A stretch of DNA of 63,976 nucleotides, filler included, from Craspedostauros australis (Eukaryota): NCBI GenBank assembly GCA_030167865.1. It is 9 parts of 9 records of this genome, joined end to end, with 100 filler letters (N's around TTAATTAATTAA, not from the genome) between each part and the next. Parts side by side here need not be neighbours in the genome. Positions count along the whole stretch, not along the records: positions 35,259 to 49,142 come from JALAGF010001520.1; 8 more parts are not named here. One strand, 5' to 3'. A model generated the notes under the pieces. The model was given only the letters and a program-made list of their open reading frames with translations. It was not told where the DNA came from and made no database searches. Below, one piece after another: positions 35,259 through 47,458 of the stretch (positions are counted from its first letter, which is position 1; each line of letters opens with the position of its first letter). The translations under genes were made by a program, and so were the position numbers.

Positions 35259-36530
35259 GGCAGATGTTTCAGCTCCTGCCGCATGCTGTGTTCTGATTGG
35301 CGAGTTGTTTCAAAATACAGAATGCAGTCTGCATGTTGAATAGTGCTGACAAATTCATTGTACATTGGTGTCTGGCAGATGCTTCGCTGGATGCTTTGCC
35401 TGCTGTTTTTGCATTGGCAATGTGTGGTCTGATGAGATGGTGAAGACAGAGCAAAGGAACAATGTATACACCATGCATGCCCANNNNNNNNNNNNNNNNN
35501 NNNNNNNNNNNNNNNNNNNNNNNNNNNNNNNNNNNNNNNNNNNNNNNNNNNNNNNNNNNNNNNNNNNNNNNNNNNNNNNNNACAGACAGGAGGTTCTGCA
35601 ATGAATGACAACTCTGTTGCTTTGCTACAGTGAGGAAATGTGTGACGGATCCCATCAGGTTGTCCATACAGCTGGGACAGTCTTTGTTTGGTGTGATATG
35701 AGACAGGATGGAGCATCCCCCAGGTGTTGATACTATCTATCTCTAGAGGCGCATTGGCATGGCATGGCGTGGCAGGGATGGATAGATGGATGGGTGTTTG
35801 TTGAATGCCAAGTCTGGCACGGCTGAGTATGAGAGGGTGGGAGANTGTTGTGTTGGAGTCTATTTGTTGTTGGGGATTGTTTGTTGGCATGGCTTGGGTT
35901 CTTGGTGTGACATGCTTCTTCTTCCACTCTCGATCCCACTTCCACATGAGCTACATACTTGCTCTGCGGATGAAGTTGACTTGGAAGGAAGGAAGGGAGG
36001 AGGTAGTTTCAATTGGCAGTGTTGTCAACAAGTTTCTGAATGAGTTGTGTTGAGAGTCGAGCATGGATTGCCACACAAGAAACCAACGCTCCTCCTCGTT
36101 GCCAACAACGCGAATAGACCACAGATCAAAGTACTCAAGTTTTGGCATTATCGTCCTTATTTTTAACAGTGTGCATTGTTTTGACAGAAATAAACAAGAA
36201 AAGACAAGAATCATGCGATGATTCGCGTACAGGAGATGCAAAAAGAGAGAGATTTGGACAATCGAATCAATCATTTTGGTTCAGATTGGAAAAAAGCGCG
36301 AAAAACCATGTTGGTACCATGAGGAAACAAACAGTTTGACGAAACAGCGTGGGAAAAAGGGAAGGAAGAAAGCGAATCGTGACGTCACATGGGCATTGCA
36401 AAGACCTAAATCCCCACGAAAGTGGCTGTCTCCATTGCGTCCAGACAAGTTTCAATAGCGGGGCTCCCCCTGGAATTCGGACTGCCTGGCGTGTCCCAGT
36501 ACCCAAGTTCTGGGGCCACTCGAACCCCTC
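35259..36530 (-). mobile_element. End of a repeated putative DNA transposon with a decayed ORF starting at 36148 (copy 1)
   Basis: 36025-36530 is clearly homologous to 49243-49749. Similarity ends sharply after GGGGCCACTCGAACCCCTC. ORF 'MPKLEYFDLWSIRVVGNEEERWFLVW...' continues in frame past a TAG at 35951. The segment looks CpG-poor. Confidence 0.7.
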
Positions 36531-37666
36531 TAATCGAAGCGAAAGTATGCATTCACGGTTGATGGTCACCGAGTGCGGAATGTTACCGAAGATGGATCGG
36601 TAGTAAAGAAGCCCCCTCGCACAACTTCCAATGGTGTGCCACACCCATCAGTTCGGAAACAGGGGAGGTGGCAACTCTGTTCCGTGAGACTGAGCGGCGA
36701 CATGTGTCATCCTGGGTTCACTTCAATTGTTACCTCGACTGGTGAGATGGATCATCGAAGGAAGCTGCTCGCAAGGGTACAACCCCCCTGGAAACTTCAA
36801 GGACGAGCAGCATGGTCGAACATTGCGTTATTATTGCAACCGTGATATCACAGTTCCAAGCGAGATGAAGCATCGAAGCGAACAGAAGTGGCGACGATAA
36901 AAACACCAGAGAAGGGAAGGTCGATTTGCTTCATGCAATCTTGGACCGATCCCAGAGTGGAACTTTCCTGCACGCGAGGGTGCGTGTGTGTGCCCACAGA
37001 AAGGGTGCGTGTAACCGTATCAAGCAGAGAGTGAGCACCTCGTGAGCGGACGCAACCGACACAGAACAGAGAGTATCATTGAACAACACGCTTCTGGAAC
37101 ATCGTGACTGGGACTTCAGATTTCTTGCTTGATGCCTGGATTGTCAAAGCAGCAACGTGGTGGCTGGTGCTGACCTGACCTGAGAAGAGGAGAATCGTTG
37201 ATCAAGCTTTGACATTCAGCGTTCTGGTTGCCAGAGGTTGTTCGTGATGGACGTTGATCCCGTTTTGTGCAAGTTCATAACTCGTGAATGATTCAGGAAG
37301 CGATTCTCCTGTGATGAGTCGCCAGCAATCGTAGACTGTGATGGTTCTGCTCCCTCATTTCGGAGAACCTGGAGTTGGCGCTGGAACTGAGGTGCAGTGA
37401 GTGTTCATGTTGCTGGCGGGACAGCAACAACGCATGAGATGCTGCACATCCTGAGCCATCCAGTTGGTCTGCCTTCTCTATTCATTGCGACAATTCGAGT
37501 GCACCTTTAAAGGATAAACACCAGTGTCGTAACACAGTGCTCTGCTATTGCGTTAATCCGTATCAATGATAGATGCGACGCGGGATGCAAGTAACAGTAT
37601 GGAACACCTTACTCAACTCGTACTTGCATCGTAGAATAGGACCGTACCGCGCTACTCGTACGAGTA

Positions 37667-38743
37667 TTAGGGGACATCGCAATCGCCGCCTTCCGCAGGC
37701 GGCTTGGTTGCACCGGAGAGACGATCCATCTCATCGTCGCTCAGTTCGAACCCAAAGATATCCAAGTTGGATTCGATGTGCTTCATCGTGTTGCTCTTGG
37801 GGATGACGGGGATGCCCTTTTGGACGATGTATCGCAACGACACCTGGTTGCCTTGCACGCCGTGCTTTTCGGCGACGTCTGACACGAGTTCCCCGTTGAT
37901 GAGAGAGTCCTGTGGCTGGTACTCGCACGGGCCGCACAGTGGGGAGAAGCTCATGAAGGTGATGCCGTAGGTCTTGCAGGTCTCGATCACATCATCGACG
38001 TCTTGCGAACCCACGTGGTACTCCACCTGGTTGATCGACGGCGTGATCGTGGCAACCTGCAGGATGTCCATGATGTGTCGGGGGCAGTAGTGACTGACAC
38101 CGATGGATCGCGCCTCGCCGGAGAAGTAGATGTCCTCCAGCGCCAACCATTCCTCCTGTCTCACCTGTGGCGATGCTTCGATTTGATCCCAATCCGATGG
38201 ATAGTGGGTCATCAGATGGTCGACGTAATCCAAACCCAGCTCCTGCAGGTTCTGAACGTGCGCTGCGTGCGTCTCCTCCTTCGAGAGTCCACCAGGCACC
38301 TTCGTCATGACGAATAGATCTTCTCGGGTGCCCTCCCAGCAATCGCGAATGGCCCAACCCACGCCCTTCTGGTTGCCGTAGATGAATGCGGTGTCCACGA
38401 AGGTGTATCCAGCCTCGAATGCCTTGCAAACGGACTGGTACGCGACGGTGTCGTTGAACTGCCATGTTCCTGCACCGATCATGGGGAGGATGACTGGTTC
38501 ACCGTGCACGTCACGTCCGATCTGCTTCGATGGGATGGACGATGCTGCGCTGCTTTCAGCATGCACGACGCCGCGCAACGCAGAGGGCACGACGATGTCG
38601 AAGTCCTTGGGTCGGGGCTTGTCATGGTGAATGCTGTTGTTGTCCGCAACTCTTGACACACGGTCTTCTGCGGAGCTTGCGGCGGCCAACAGGATGGCCA
38701 ATGTCACTGGCGTCTGCAACAACAAGGCGACACGTCTCATCAT
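37667..38743 (-). CDS. Aldo-keto reductase with N-terminal signal peptide
   Basis: LPMIGAGTWQ; catalytic tetrad D/Y (VDTAFIY), K (FVMTKV), H (LMTHYP); RSIGVSH, NQVEYH, VIPKS. Hydrophobic leader 'VTLAILLAAASSA'. First ATG at 38743. Confidence 0.93.
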   Translation of the reverse strand: MMRRVALLLQTPVTLAILLAAASSAEDRVSRVADNNSIHHDKPRPKDFDIVVPSALRGVVHAESSAASSIPSKQIGRDVHGEPVILPMIGAGTWQFNDTVAYQSVCKAFEAGYTFVDTAFIYGNQKGVGWAIRDCWEGTREDLFVMTKVPGGLSKEETHAAHVQNLQELGLDYVDHLMTHYPSDWDQIEASPQVRQEEWLALEDIYFSGEARSIGVSHYCPRHIMDILQVATITPSINQVEYHVGSQDVDDVIETCKTYGITFMSFSPLCGPCEYQPQDSLINGELVSDVAEKHGVQGNQVSLRYIVQKGIPVIPKSNTMKHIESNLDIFGFELSDDEMDRLSGATKPPAEGGDCDVP

Positions 38744-40568
38744 GGCGGCGATGTTCAATACAATGCCTTCGTTGGTGATATTGGTTGCTGGTATCGTCAG
38801 CTGTTGGTATCGTCACGGTCCTCGTGATGAACGAAGTGCAATGATGTTCAGGTTATAGTACTATATGCTGGAGGCGCAGTGTCGAAGGTGGCTGGAAGTG
38901 GTGTGTTCGTGGGAGATTGCAACACGAGGCGCCTTCCCAAAGATCTCCCTTCTGGAGTTGTGTGTCGTCAGATCGTATCTTTCTTTCTCTTCTTCCTTTG
39001 CGAGATCTTTCCTTCTTTTCGCTTCTTGTGGATTCGATCGCACTGATCAAATGGAGCGATCCGAATACAACAAAGAAGTCTATGGGTTCAAAACTAGATA
39101 ATGTGACACAATAATCGAAGTCACGGAGATGCGCACGAAAGAGCAAGCCTGTCCACTGAACATGGATGCAAAGAGGGAGGCATACCGGAGAGGCATATGT
39201 TGAAGTCGTATCACGTTCGAAGAAGCGTTCCTGGATGCTGGGATTGAAAGGAAACTGACGGGAAAGCTGATCTGCTGTGATGGCTCCAACCAATGTGTTC
39301 AGTGCCCGTTATCCTATGCATGGCTCGATAATGGCAACTCAGATAATGATGCATCCACCAGCGTGGCTCGTCATGCACATACGATTATGCAGTGGCTATC
39401 TGGAGCCCAAGTCTCTTGTCTAATCAGCGGAGACTGAGGTATGGTGCAGACTTTGCCGGCAGATGTTTGCGTGTCTGCTCGCTCGTCGCTCTTGGAATTG
39501 GCGACTTCTCCCTGTTCGGTGGGTGGAAGCAGGACCTCCGCTGATGTGGGAGATCAAGTCGCTTCTCTGCTCGTCTGGAAACAGAAACTGCAGGTGCTCT
39601 CGTGCAAGACTTACCGCCATTTGAGGTGACGATGATTGCGGATCTTGACCACGATACGTTGCGAATAGGAGTGGCGAATAGTGCTCACCTGTGTTGTTGT
39701 AGTCGCAAGATGGTCAGTGTTCGCAACAAATATTGCAGTTGAAGCTGGGATATTGTCAATTGCATTAATTGTGGTCGACAGGTGACACATTGTGTCGTGG
39801 TTTGGTGTTCGCCTTTGTGCATAGAATGTCGTATCACGACCGACAATGATCCAAATGCGAACCATCAAACGACACAGCGCCCGTTCTCCTCCAGGAGAAA
39901 CGATCTTTTTTCAACCTTGGCCACCATTTGTCCCAATCTTTCTCCACAGAGGGGAACTGGTTGATGAGGACGAGAGAACAAGAGGGTCGCATGCAGAGCA
40001 TGGCGCTGCGGCATCACGCACCCTCGCGCTTTCCCAACGCGGTAGCAATACAGTGACAGAGTTGAGTACGTACTAGGGTATGGTCGAGTGTTGGTAACCT
40101 CATGCTTGCTTGAAATGCCGCGCTCTGGTTGAAGCGATGGAAACAACGAGGTGGAATCAACGTTGACGTCAACAGCAACAACACCCCAACAGCGCAAACG
40201 ATGACATCGCCAACATCATCACGACCAAAGCTCAACATTCAGCAATGGCCTTTCGGAATGCGCCGGTGTTGCAGACAAGCCCCTGCGCGAGCGGAAAGAA
40301 GCTTGGATATCTTGAGCAAGATGGCACAAGATATCAATACTTCCAACAAGAGCGCCAAATCACCAAAAAGGGTTGGAAGCAACAATACAACCGACACTGA
40401 ACCGAACATCGTCAGTCCACAACGGACAGTCTTCCTGGGCGGTTCCGAAATGGGATGAGATTGCATCCCTCACAAGATTTGATAGCACACTCCCGAGTCT
40501 TTGGATCCGAGCTGTTGTGATGGGCATTCCGAATGAGCGCTCCAGGACAAGATACTTTTCATACCATC

Positions 40569-40572
<4 letters not shown>

Positions 40573-40601
<29 letters not shown>
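40573..40601. repeat. (CT)n microsatellite; others at about 6252-6275, 8016-8036 and (GA)n 11088-11107
   Basis: Read directly. Confidence 0.85.
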
Positions 40602-40606
<5 letters not shown>

Positions 40607-43600
40607 GGAACAATATCCGGGGTATCGCTTGTTGCTGTTATTGTCGTGACGTGCTCCGGGATGGAGCAGTCGGATGTCTGTGGCCTGGAGTCACCTTCGC
40701 TCCACAGTATGAGTAACTCGCACGAGTACGGAGACACACGCGTGCACATGTGGCATTGATGGGTCTTGCCTGGTATCTTGGACGAACAGACATCTGCATG
40801 GTACCATGTTGTACTCTTCGATGATGTCATACTCTTCGACAACGCTGCTACACGCTCTGGCGCGCCCACTTCCATCATCCCATCAGGTTTTCCTGTGATG
40901 TCTTTTCCCCCATTGCTTTTGCGTTTTTTGCTGCTACTGTCGTTTGCCTCCATGCCATCGTGTCTTGTGCGCCTTGGCGAAGATGACGTCCACAAAGTGT
41001 GTGAGTGTGCGGAGCAGCAGATGGGCGCAGGAAGGAGTGCTTCACTCGTGTCCTACCACACCTACCATACCTTGCGTCATCGTCCTCGTACCTGATCGCA
41101 TCATCCCTTGTACGTCACCGCCATTGCTCTGGTGTCCCTGGCACTATCGCGCTCCTCCTTCGTCATCAAATGGCCCACACGCGATCTTGTTCTCGAAAAA
41201 TGTGGCGCGAAACTTCCACGAACTTCACAAGAATTTCCGTATTTGCGACTCATGGATCTTCGTGACGCTCATGACAAGACTGGTGAGCCCTTGGTTTGTC
41301 GCGTCCAGGGTACCACACATCGCCGACGGCGGCATCGAACCACGTTGGTGGGCAGCGTAGACTCCATACCACGAGGGAACATGATGCTACATGGATGCGA
41401 AAAGGAAAACAAAGCGGAAAAGATCACACGCGGATGACCACGAGTCTTACTTCGTCCATCACATGGCACCTGGAGCGCCGGAGTAGAGCTCGTGCTTCGA
41501 CTGCCGCAGATTCTTCGACAGATTACAACTCAGCTCTGCGGTTCTTCTTCCCAGATGCTCGGACCTGATGCTGCCGAACCAAGACACAGACCCAAGTCGC
41601 CCGATCTAAAACAAGATCAGTGGAGGTTAGGTTGGGTTGGGTTGCGCTGTGGCCAGATGAGTTGCTTCGCATCAGCAATGAAGTTCTGCAGTTGTGACCT
41701 GATGTCACGAACAACGGTGGAGACCCGCGTCAGTTCCAACAACGATAGTGATGGCAATGCTGTTGGAATCCGAAGTCACGAAGCGAATGTCGCCAAGTAC
41801 TGTGCCAAAAGAATGCTTCACATTGCTCCCCGGTGCCTGATGCTCACTCTCGTGTTCGCGCTGTTGTGGCGGATCGAGATGAGTGAGCGCGATAGGCCGG
41901 TTGATCTCTCCGCCACGGATAAGATGTGCGGAGACGCAAGGTGTCTCAGGAATACGGCAGAGAACGATGTGGAGGACATCGTGCGCACTTGGAGTGCACC
42001 GCGCTACGAGGATGCCGCAGAATGAATGATCCATGGAGATGTGCATGTCCGAGACCACAACAGCAGACATCCTTGGTGTCGGCCGAATGCAAGGAGGACA
42101 TCAACAGGGAAGACCGAGATTCATTCGCTGGCCGAGAAGAAGCTTAACAGTCGTAGCGCTGACGATAGCGCTGTTGATGACAATGTCAGAAACGAGAAGC
42201 AAACCACGCAAGATCAACCTGTTTCTCCAACAAAGTTTGGCCGTGGCGGTGGTGGTGTGGATCGCGGAGAGATTGTTTCCTTTCTTTTCGTCCGAGCTCT
42301 CCCTCTTGGCAGCATGGCCCCTCTCTTGGTTGCGCCTTGGTTGACATGGTGGTGGTCTCGATAACGGCCTTGGGACGATAGCGCCGATGGTAAACAACAG
42401 CCCATGCCATGCGATTTCTCTGCTCGCTCCCCTTCACTGCCTACGAATCAATCGGCGGTGTGTGGTTTGCCTGCGCATCTCTGGATGTGCGTCTGGATTT
42501 GTGCTTGCTTTTGCTTGCTCTTACTTGTGGTCGTGTTCTTGCCTGCCTCATGATGGAGTGCGAGTATTGCTTGGCATAACACAGCATAGCATAACAGAGT
42601 ACGAGTACAGGGCGTGGGGGTAATTGTAGAGCACACACAAGACTACGACCTCCGTAAGAAGCATCAGCGTTTGTTGATGCAAAGCCCACCATCGTCATTG
42701 CTGGCATTGTTCCAGCCGCTGTCCATGCTGCAGTTGCGGAATGAGGTGCCGGAAGCGACAAGCAAAGGTCACATGCGAAGAGCCGAGCACAGCGCAGGTA
42801 TGGTGGACTTCACAAGGTCACTCTCTTCGCACGATCTGGGCGTACCCGCTCCTCCAGACAGAGATTCAACTGCCTTCGCCATTGCCCGTGACGTCCACTC
42901 CGCTCAAAATGGCAACAAATATCCTGGGTCTATCGGCAGGTTGTTAGGAGTTAGACGCGGAGGCGACGAACGCCACGACCTGCCAATCCGCCGAAAAGGA
43001 CTTCGGCGTCGTTGTCGACAATGGTTTTTATGTGCACATGTGTGTACAATCGCGCTGCGTGATGAAGCTGTTTTTGTGTGCGGATGGCACCATGACGAAC
43101 GTGGACGAGATGTGATGTGATGCATGTGGACATGATGTGACATGATGTGGAACGAAGTGATGTGAGACGCGATGTCGCTGTTCGTGGGGTCGTGTCCTCG
43201 CACAAAAAGAACGCGACAAAAGGCCCATTGTGCGTCAACAGAAGAAGGTGAGCAAAGTGCGTTTGCGTGAGGAGCGCACTTGTTCAATGAAGGGAGAACG
43301 CAGAGGTGTCGCAGTACGAAGTATGACTCACAAATGACCCGCGGGTTCCTCATTGTGACACGTTGTTGTTGTGCCCCTACTAATTGTAACAGTGGAAATG
43401 TCCACGCAGATGTCTTCAACGTGAGGAAATAAACGAAATGGAGTCCGTTTTGCCACAAGCAGTCATTGATAGTCGTACTCGTCCCTTCCCTGCCGGGAGC
43501 GTCCTGTGTGTCGTTAACCAAGAAATCGGACAGATACTCTACGATTAGAGGCTGTTGCTTGTTCGTTGTCCACAAATCACGGCCCCTGGGAGTGCGAGGC

Positions 43601-44357
43601 ACGCGGCGCGCTGTAACGCCGTGTTTTCGCGCGGTTGATCGGAGAAATGGAAACCGAGCGCGAGCGTTCTACTCGTGTTGCACTGTGTTGCACCGTGTTG
43701 CGCCGTGTTGAGGATGAAACGACGATCAAAACCAAACGAAATGCGCTGCGTGGACTCGCAGCATTCGGCACCACCTCCTACCGCCGCCACAGCCAACCCA
43801 GAAAGAAACGAGAACATAGTAGTACGAACACAACGGGGGTACTGGTACGCGGACGCACACGCAGGCACCAGACCAGAAGCCACTTTCCCCTTCCTTCCCA
43901 ACAAACCGTACTGGTCACACCAGGTTGTGTTCCGGGAATGTGTGGGACGACCCTTTGTCACATCATCCAGAAGTGAAGAAATCACGATCACGACCACAAA
44001 CCCAACCACCACATTTCCGCACATGTGCACTATCATCCCTGCACTGATGTGCTCATACTCGCATCCATAACCGTAACTAATGCTCACACTCACACTCGCA
44101 CTCACACGCACACGCAAAGACACAGGCACATGCACAACAACCAATCTCAACAAAGAACAAACAGCAACAATCAACGATCAGCGTGTGGCACCACAGCTTG
44201 TGCATAAACAGATACGTTGACGCTGCAACAAGCAAACGCAACAGACTCATACTAATACACATTGCTGCTGCCATCAAAGCATCATTGTATCCGTCACCAC
44301 AACCACAACACAACAATCAACACAACACAACAACCAACCACATCCATTGCCCATAGA

Positions 44358-47219
44358 ATGCAAAGGCACACCTTCCTTCCCGTTTCGCGCCCACAATCTC
44401 ATCAATCTCATCATACTCATCAACATCAACATCCACACCCAGCCATCCACAACCTCCATCGCAGACAGCACCTTGCAACCATGACAAGAGACACACTGAT
44501 GACACGCGCAACCACAACAGCAGCAGCCTCGGCGATGTCCACCCTGTGCGCCGCCACTGTCACCGACGGCTCCATCACCAACGCGCCTCTCTCCTGCTCC
44601 GCATTCAACAACAACGGCTTGCACCAGCCATTCATGATCACAGCGTCGCAATTGACGCCTCTTCCTCCACCGCCGCCGCCCATGTCTTCTCCTTCCATGG
44701 TGTGCCCATCACCAAGCGGATCCCCATCATGCCAGAACCACAAGATGTCGCTGTACCACACAGTCTGCAACCTCAACAACATGGGCGTCACGCAGCTGGA
44801 GGCATCTCACATGGACACCGCGCTCGGTGTGTTCCGATGCGCCCTGGAACATCTCGAGGAGTGCAGCGGCATCAGCATCATGAACTCTCCCATCAGCAGC
44901 GCCGCTTTGGCGGCCACCAGCTGCTACCGCATCAGCACGTCTTCCGCCTGCTCCGTGGTGTCTTCCGACTCCTCCGGTCGCTCCACGCGGTCTCTGGATT
45001 CGCTTGGAAACGTCTTGGGCGCATCCACATCAACATCGACATCCACATCGACATTAACGTCCACATGCACCTCCCCACCTGGAGTCGCTTCTGCACTTGA
45101 TTGCGCCACCGCCGACACCAACGGCGGTCACAGAATAGGCAACGCGGATGCCAACGCGGCGGCCCATCATGACAGGGATGTGTCGATGGCGGAGCCCAAC
45201 AAACCGCAGCACCACCAGCAGCACCAGAGGCGGGAGTACGATGAGGGCATGCACGTCTTCAGCCAGCCCCTGCGCATGGACGCCAGCGCCTACTTCATGG
45301 TCGAGGACTTCTCCACCACCTACATGGCCACCCTCATCCTCTTCAACATCGGACAGTGCTACCTGCAGCAGCAGAACGAGGACGACAGAGCGCAGGAGTG
45401 CTTCCTGCGGGCGCTCTACCTCGTGCAGTGCAACCACCCGCCGGCCACAGCATCCGCGCATGCCGCCACCATCAACTCCACCATGATCATGACCATCCTT
45501 CACAACATCGGCTACCTGCAGTACCGCAACTCGGAGCTGGAGAAGGCCCTCCGAACCTACAACGAGGTCTACCAGCACCTGCAGCACCTGCAGGCAGCGT
45601 CGACCACGGCCAACGAATTCGACCTGGAGATGGCCACCACTCTCAACTGCGTGGGCGTCCTATACTTCCACCTCCCAAAGTCCGACACATCGCGTGCCAT
45701 GGAGTGCTACACCCGATCCCTGGAGCTGCGCAAGCAGTACGAGCAGAAGGAACAGCAGCGCCAGAGGCAGATGCAGCAGCATCATCACCAGCAGGTTGCC
45801 ACCACGCTCAACAACATCGGCCGCGTTCACTACATCAAGGGCGAGTACGAGTCCGCCCTTGCCAAGTACCTCGAGGCCCTGCGCATCAGACGCACCATCC
45901 TCGGCAAGGACCATCTCGATGTCGCGGCCACCGTCTACAACGCGGGACAAACCTTCCACCAGCAGGGCGAGCTCGAAAAGGCGCTCAAGTACTACCAGGA
46001 GTTCATGAGGATCACCGTGCCCAAGCTGGGGCAGCACCACCGCGATGTCGCCATCATGCTCAAGTGCATGGCGCAGATCTACCACGAGCGCCGGGACTAC
46101 GATCAGGCCCTGTCCCTGTATGAGGAGGCCTTGCGGGTCGGGCGCACTTCGTTGGGCATGCATGCCGAGGTCGCATCCATCTACAACAAGATGGGAAACC
46201 TCTACTACGAGAAGGGCGACTTCAGCTCCGCCATCCAGCAGTACCAGCAGGGCCTGCAGGTCGAGCGCACCGTGCTGCACAGCCTGCACCCAAACATCAC
46301 CGTCACGCTCACCAACATCGGCCAGATCCACAAGCAACGCGGGGAGTACACGCAGGCGCTGCAGCTCTACAAGGAGGCGCTCGACATCCAGACGCGATCC
46401 TTGGGCGAATCGCATCCCAGCATCGCCGTCACGCTCTCCAACATGGGACTCATCCACTACCAGAACAAGTCCTACACGAAGAGCCTCGACATCTACCAGG
46501 AGGCCCTGCGGATACGCCGCGATGCCTTTGGCGAGCAGCACCTCGACGTGGCATCCTCCCTCAACTCCATCGGGCTCGTCCTGTTCAAGCTCGGTTTCCA
46601 CGAGCTGGCCATGCAGTCCTTCCTAGAAAGTCTTCGCATCCGCCGATCCATCCTCGGCAACGCCCACCGTGACGTTGCGATCATCTTGTACAACATCGCC
46701 ACCATCCACCTCGAAAGAGGAGACGAGGAGGAGGCCATGAAGTGCTACAAGGAGACTCTTAGAGTGGAACGTGCTGCACTGGGACCCAACCATTCCGACG
46801 TCATCCTCACCTTGCAGTACACCGCCCAAGTGCACCAGCAACGCGGCGAACTTAAGGACGCCCTGCAATGTTACAACGAGGTCCTGCGTATCCAAAAGCG
46901 CAACATCCTCGGCCTCGACGAGAATGACAACGTCATCTGCAAGGAAACTGCGGCCAAGAGCCTCGTCAGCAACAGCAGTAACGCAAAGAACTCCAATAAC
47001 CGAAGCAACGGCAACGACCCAGCGCCCATGGCACGCACCCTCAACAGCATCGCCAATGTGCACTTGCAAAATGGCAACACGCAGAGCGTCGTCGACATCA
47101 TGTCCAGAGCAGCGCGCATCCTGCGCAGCGTCGGCAGAAGTGAGGACGAGCTGCGGCTCTCCGGCTTTCATCTGTACGGATTCGCCGTTCTGCATCCGGA
47201 AGGCGCGCCTTGTGCTTAA
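44358..47219 (+). CDS. TPR-repeat protein (kinesin-light-chain / nephrocystin-3-like 42-aa repeats)
   Basis: About ten repeats of the type 'A.TLNNIG.V....G.Y..AL..Y.EAL.IRR..LG..H.DV'. Strong C/G-ending codon bias. Start is ATG 44358 or 44481. Confidence 0.92.
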   Translation: MQRHTFLPVSRPQSHQSHHTHQHQHPHPAIHNLHRRQHLATMTRDTLMTRATTTAAASAMSTLCAATVTDGSITNAPLSCSAFNNNGLHQPFMITASQLTPLPPPPPPMSSPSMVCPSPSGSPSCQNHKMSLYHTVCNLNNMGVTQLEASHMDTALGVFRCALEHLEECSGISIMNSPISSAALAATSCYRISTSSACSVVSSDSSGRSTRSLDSLGNVLGASTSTSTSTSTLTSTCTSPPGVASALDCATADTNGGHRIGNADANAAAHHDRDVSMAEPNKPQHHQQHQRREYDEGMHVFSQPLRMDASAYFMVEDFSTTYMATLILFNIGQCYLQQQNEDDRAQECFLRALYLVQCNHPPATASAHAATINSTMIMTILHNIGYLQYRNSELEKALRTYNEVYQHLQHLQAASTTANEFDLEMATTLNCVGVLYFHLPKSDTSRAMECYTRSLELRKQYEQKEQQRQRQMQQHHHQQVATTLNNIGRVHYIKGEYESALAKYLEALRIRRTILGKDHLDVAATVYNAGQTFHQQGELEKALKYYQEFMRITVPKLGQHHRDVAIMLKCMAQIYHERRDYDQALSLYEEALRVGRTSLGMHAEVASIYNKMGNLYYEKGDFSSAIQQYQQGLQVERTVLHSLHPNITVTLTNIGQIHKQRGEYTQALQLYKEALDIQTRSLGESHPSIAVTLSNMGLIHYQNKSYTKSLDIYQEALRIRRDAFGEQHLDVASSLNSIGLVLFKLGFHELAMQSFLESLRIRRSILGNAHRDVAIILYNIATIHLERGDEEEAMKCYKETLRVERAALGPNHSDVILTLQYTAQVHQQRGELKDALQCYNEVLRIQKRNILGLDENDNVICKETAAKSLVSNSSNAKNSNNRSNGNDPAPMARTLNSIANVHLQNGNTQSVVDIMSRAARILRSVGRSEDELRLSGFHLYGFAVLHPEGAPCA

Positions 47220-47458
47220 ACGAATGACTCGCACATTTTTGCAAGCTTTGGAAACAAACAATACAAATGAAGATAAACATCACATACCATACCATACACA
47301 AGTACAGTAAATCGTAGAAGAAGATTACCAATACACCATACTCCACTGCTTTGGTTTCACCAAACCCCTTGCATGGCGTCTGAGCCACGCAACGGATTGT
47401 GCCATTCAATCAAACTCTCGCTGGACATACGCGAACTCGTATTCGTGGCATGAGGATC

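Noticed and set aside
36512..36530. GGTTCGAG as a tRNA T-arm or SINE B-box
   Set aside because: No cloverleaf or A-box, and the motif sits at the very end of the element.
39850..42200. Possible decayed PPR gene ('RAERSLDILSKM...EPNIVS')
   Set aside because: Only one short motif, with no continuous frame or second repeat recognisable.
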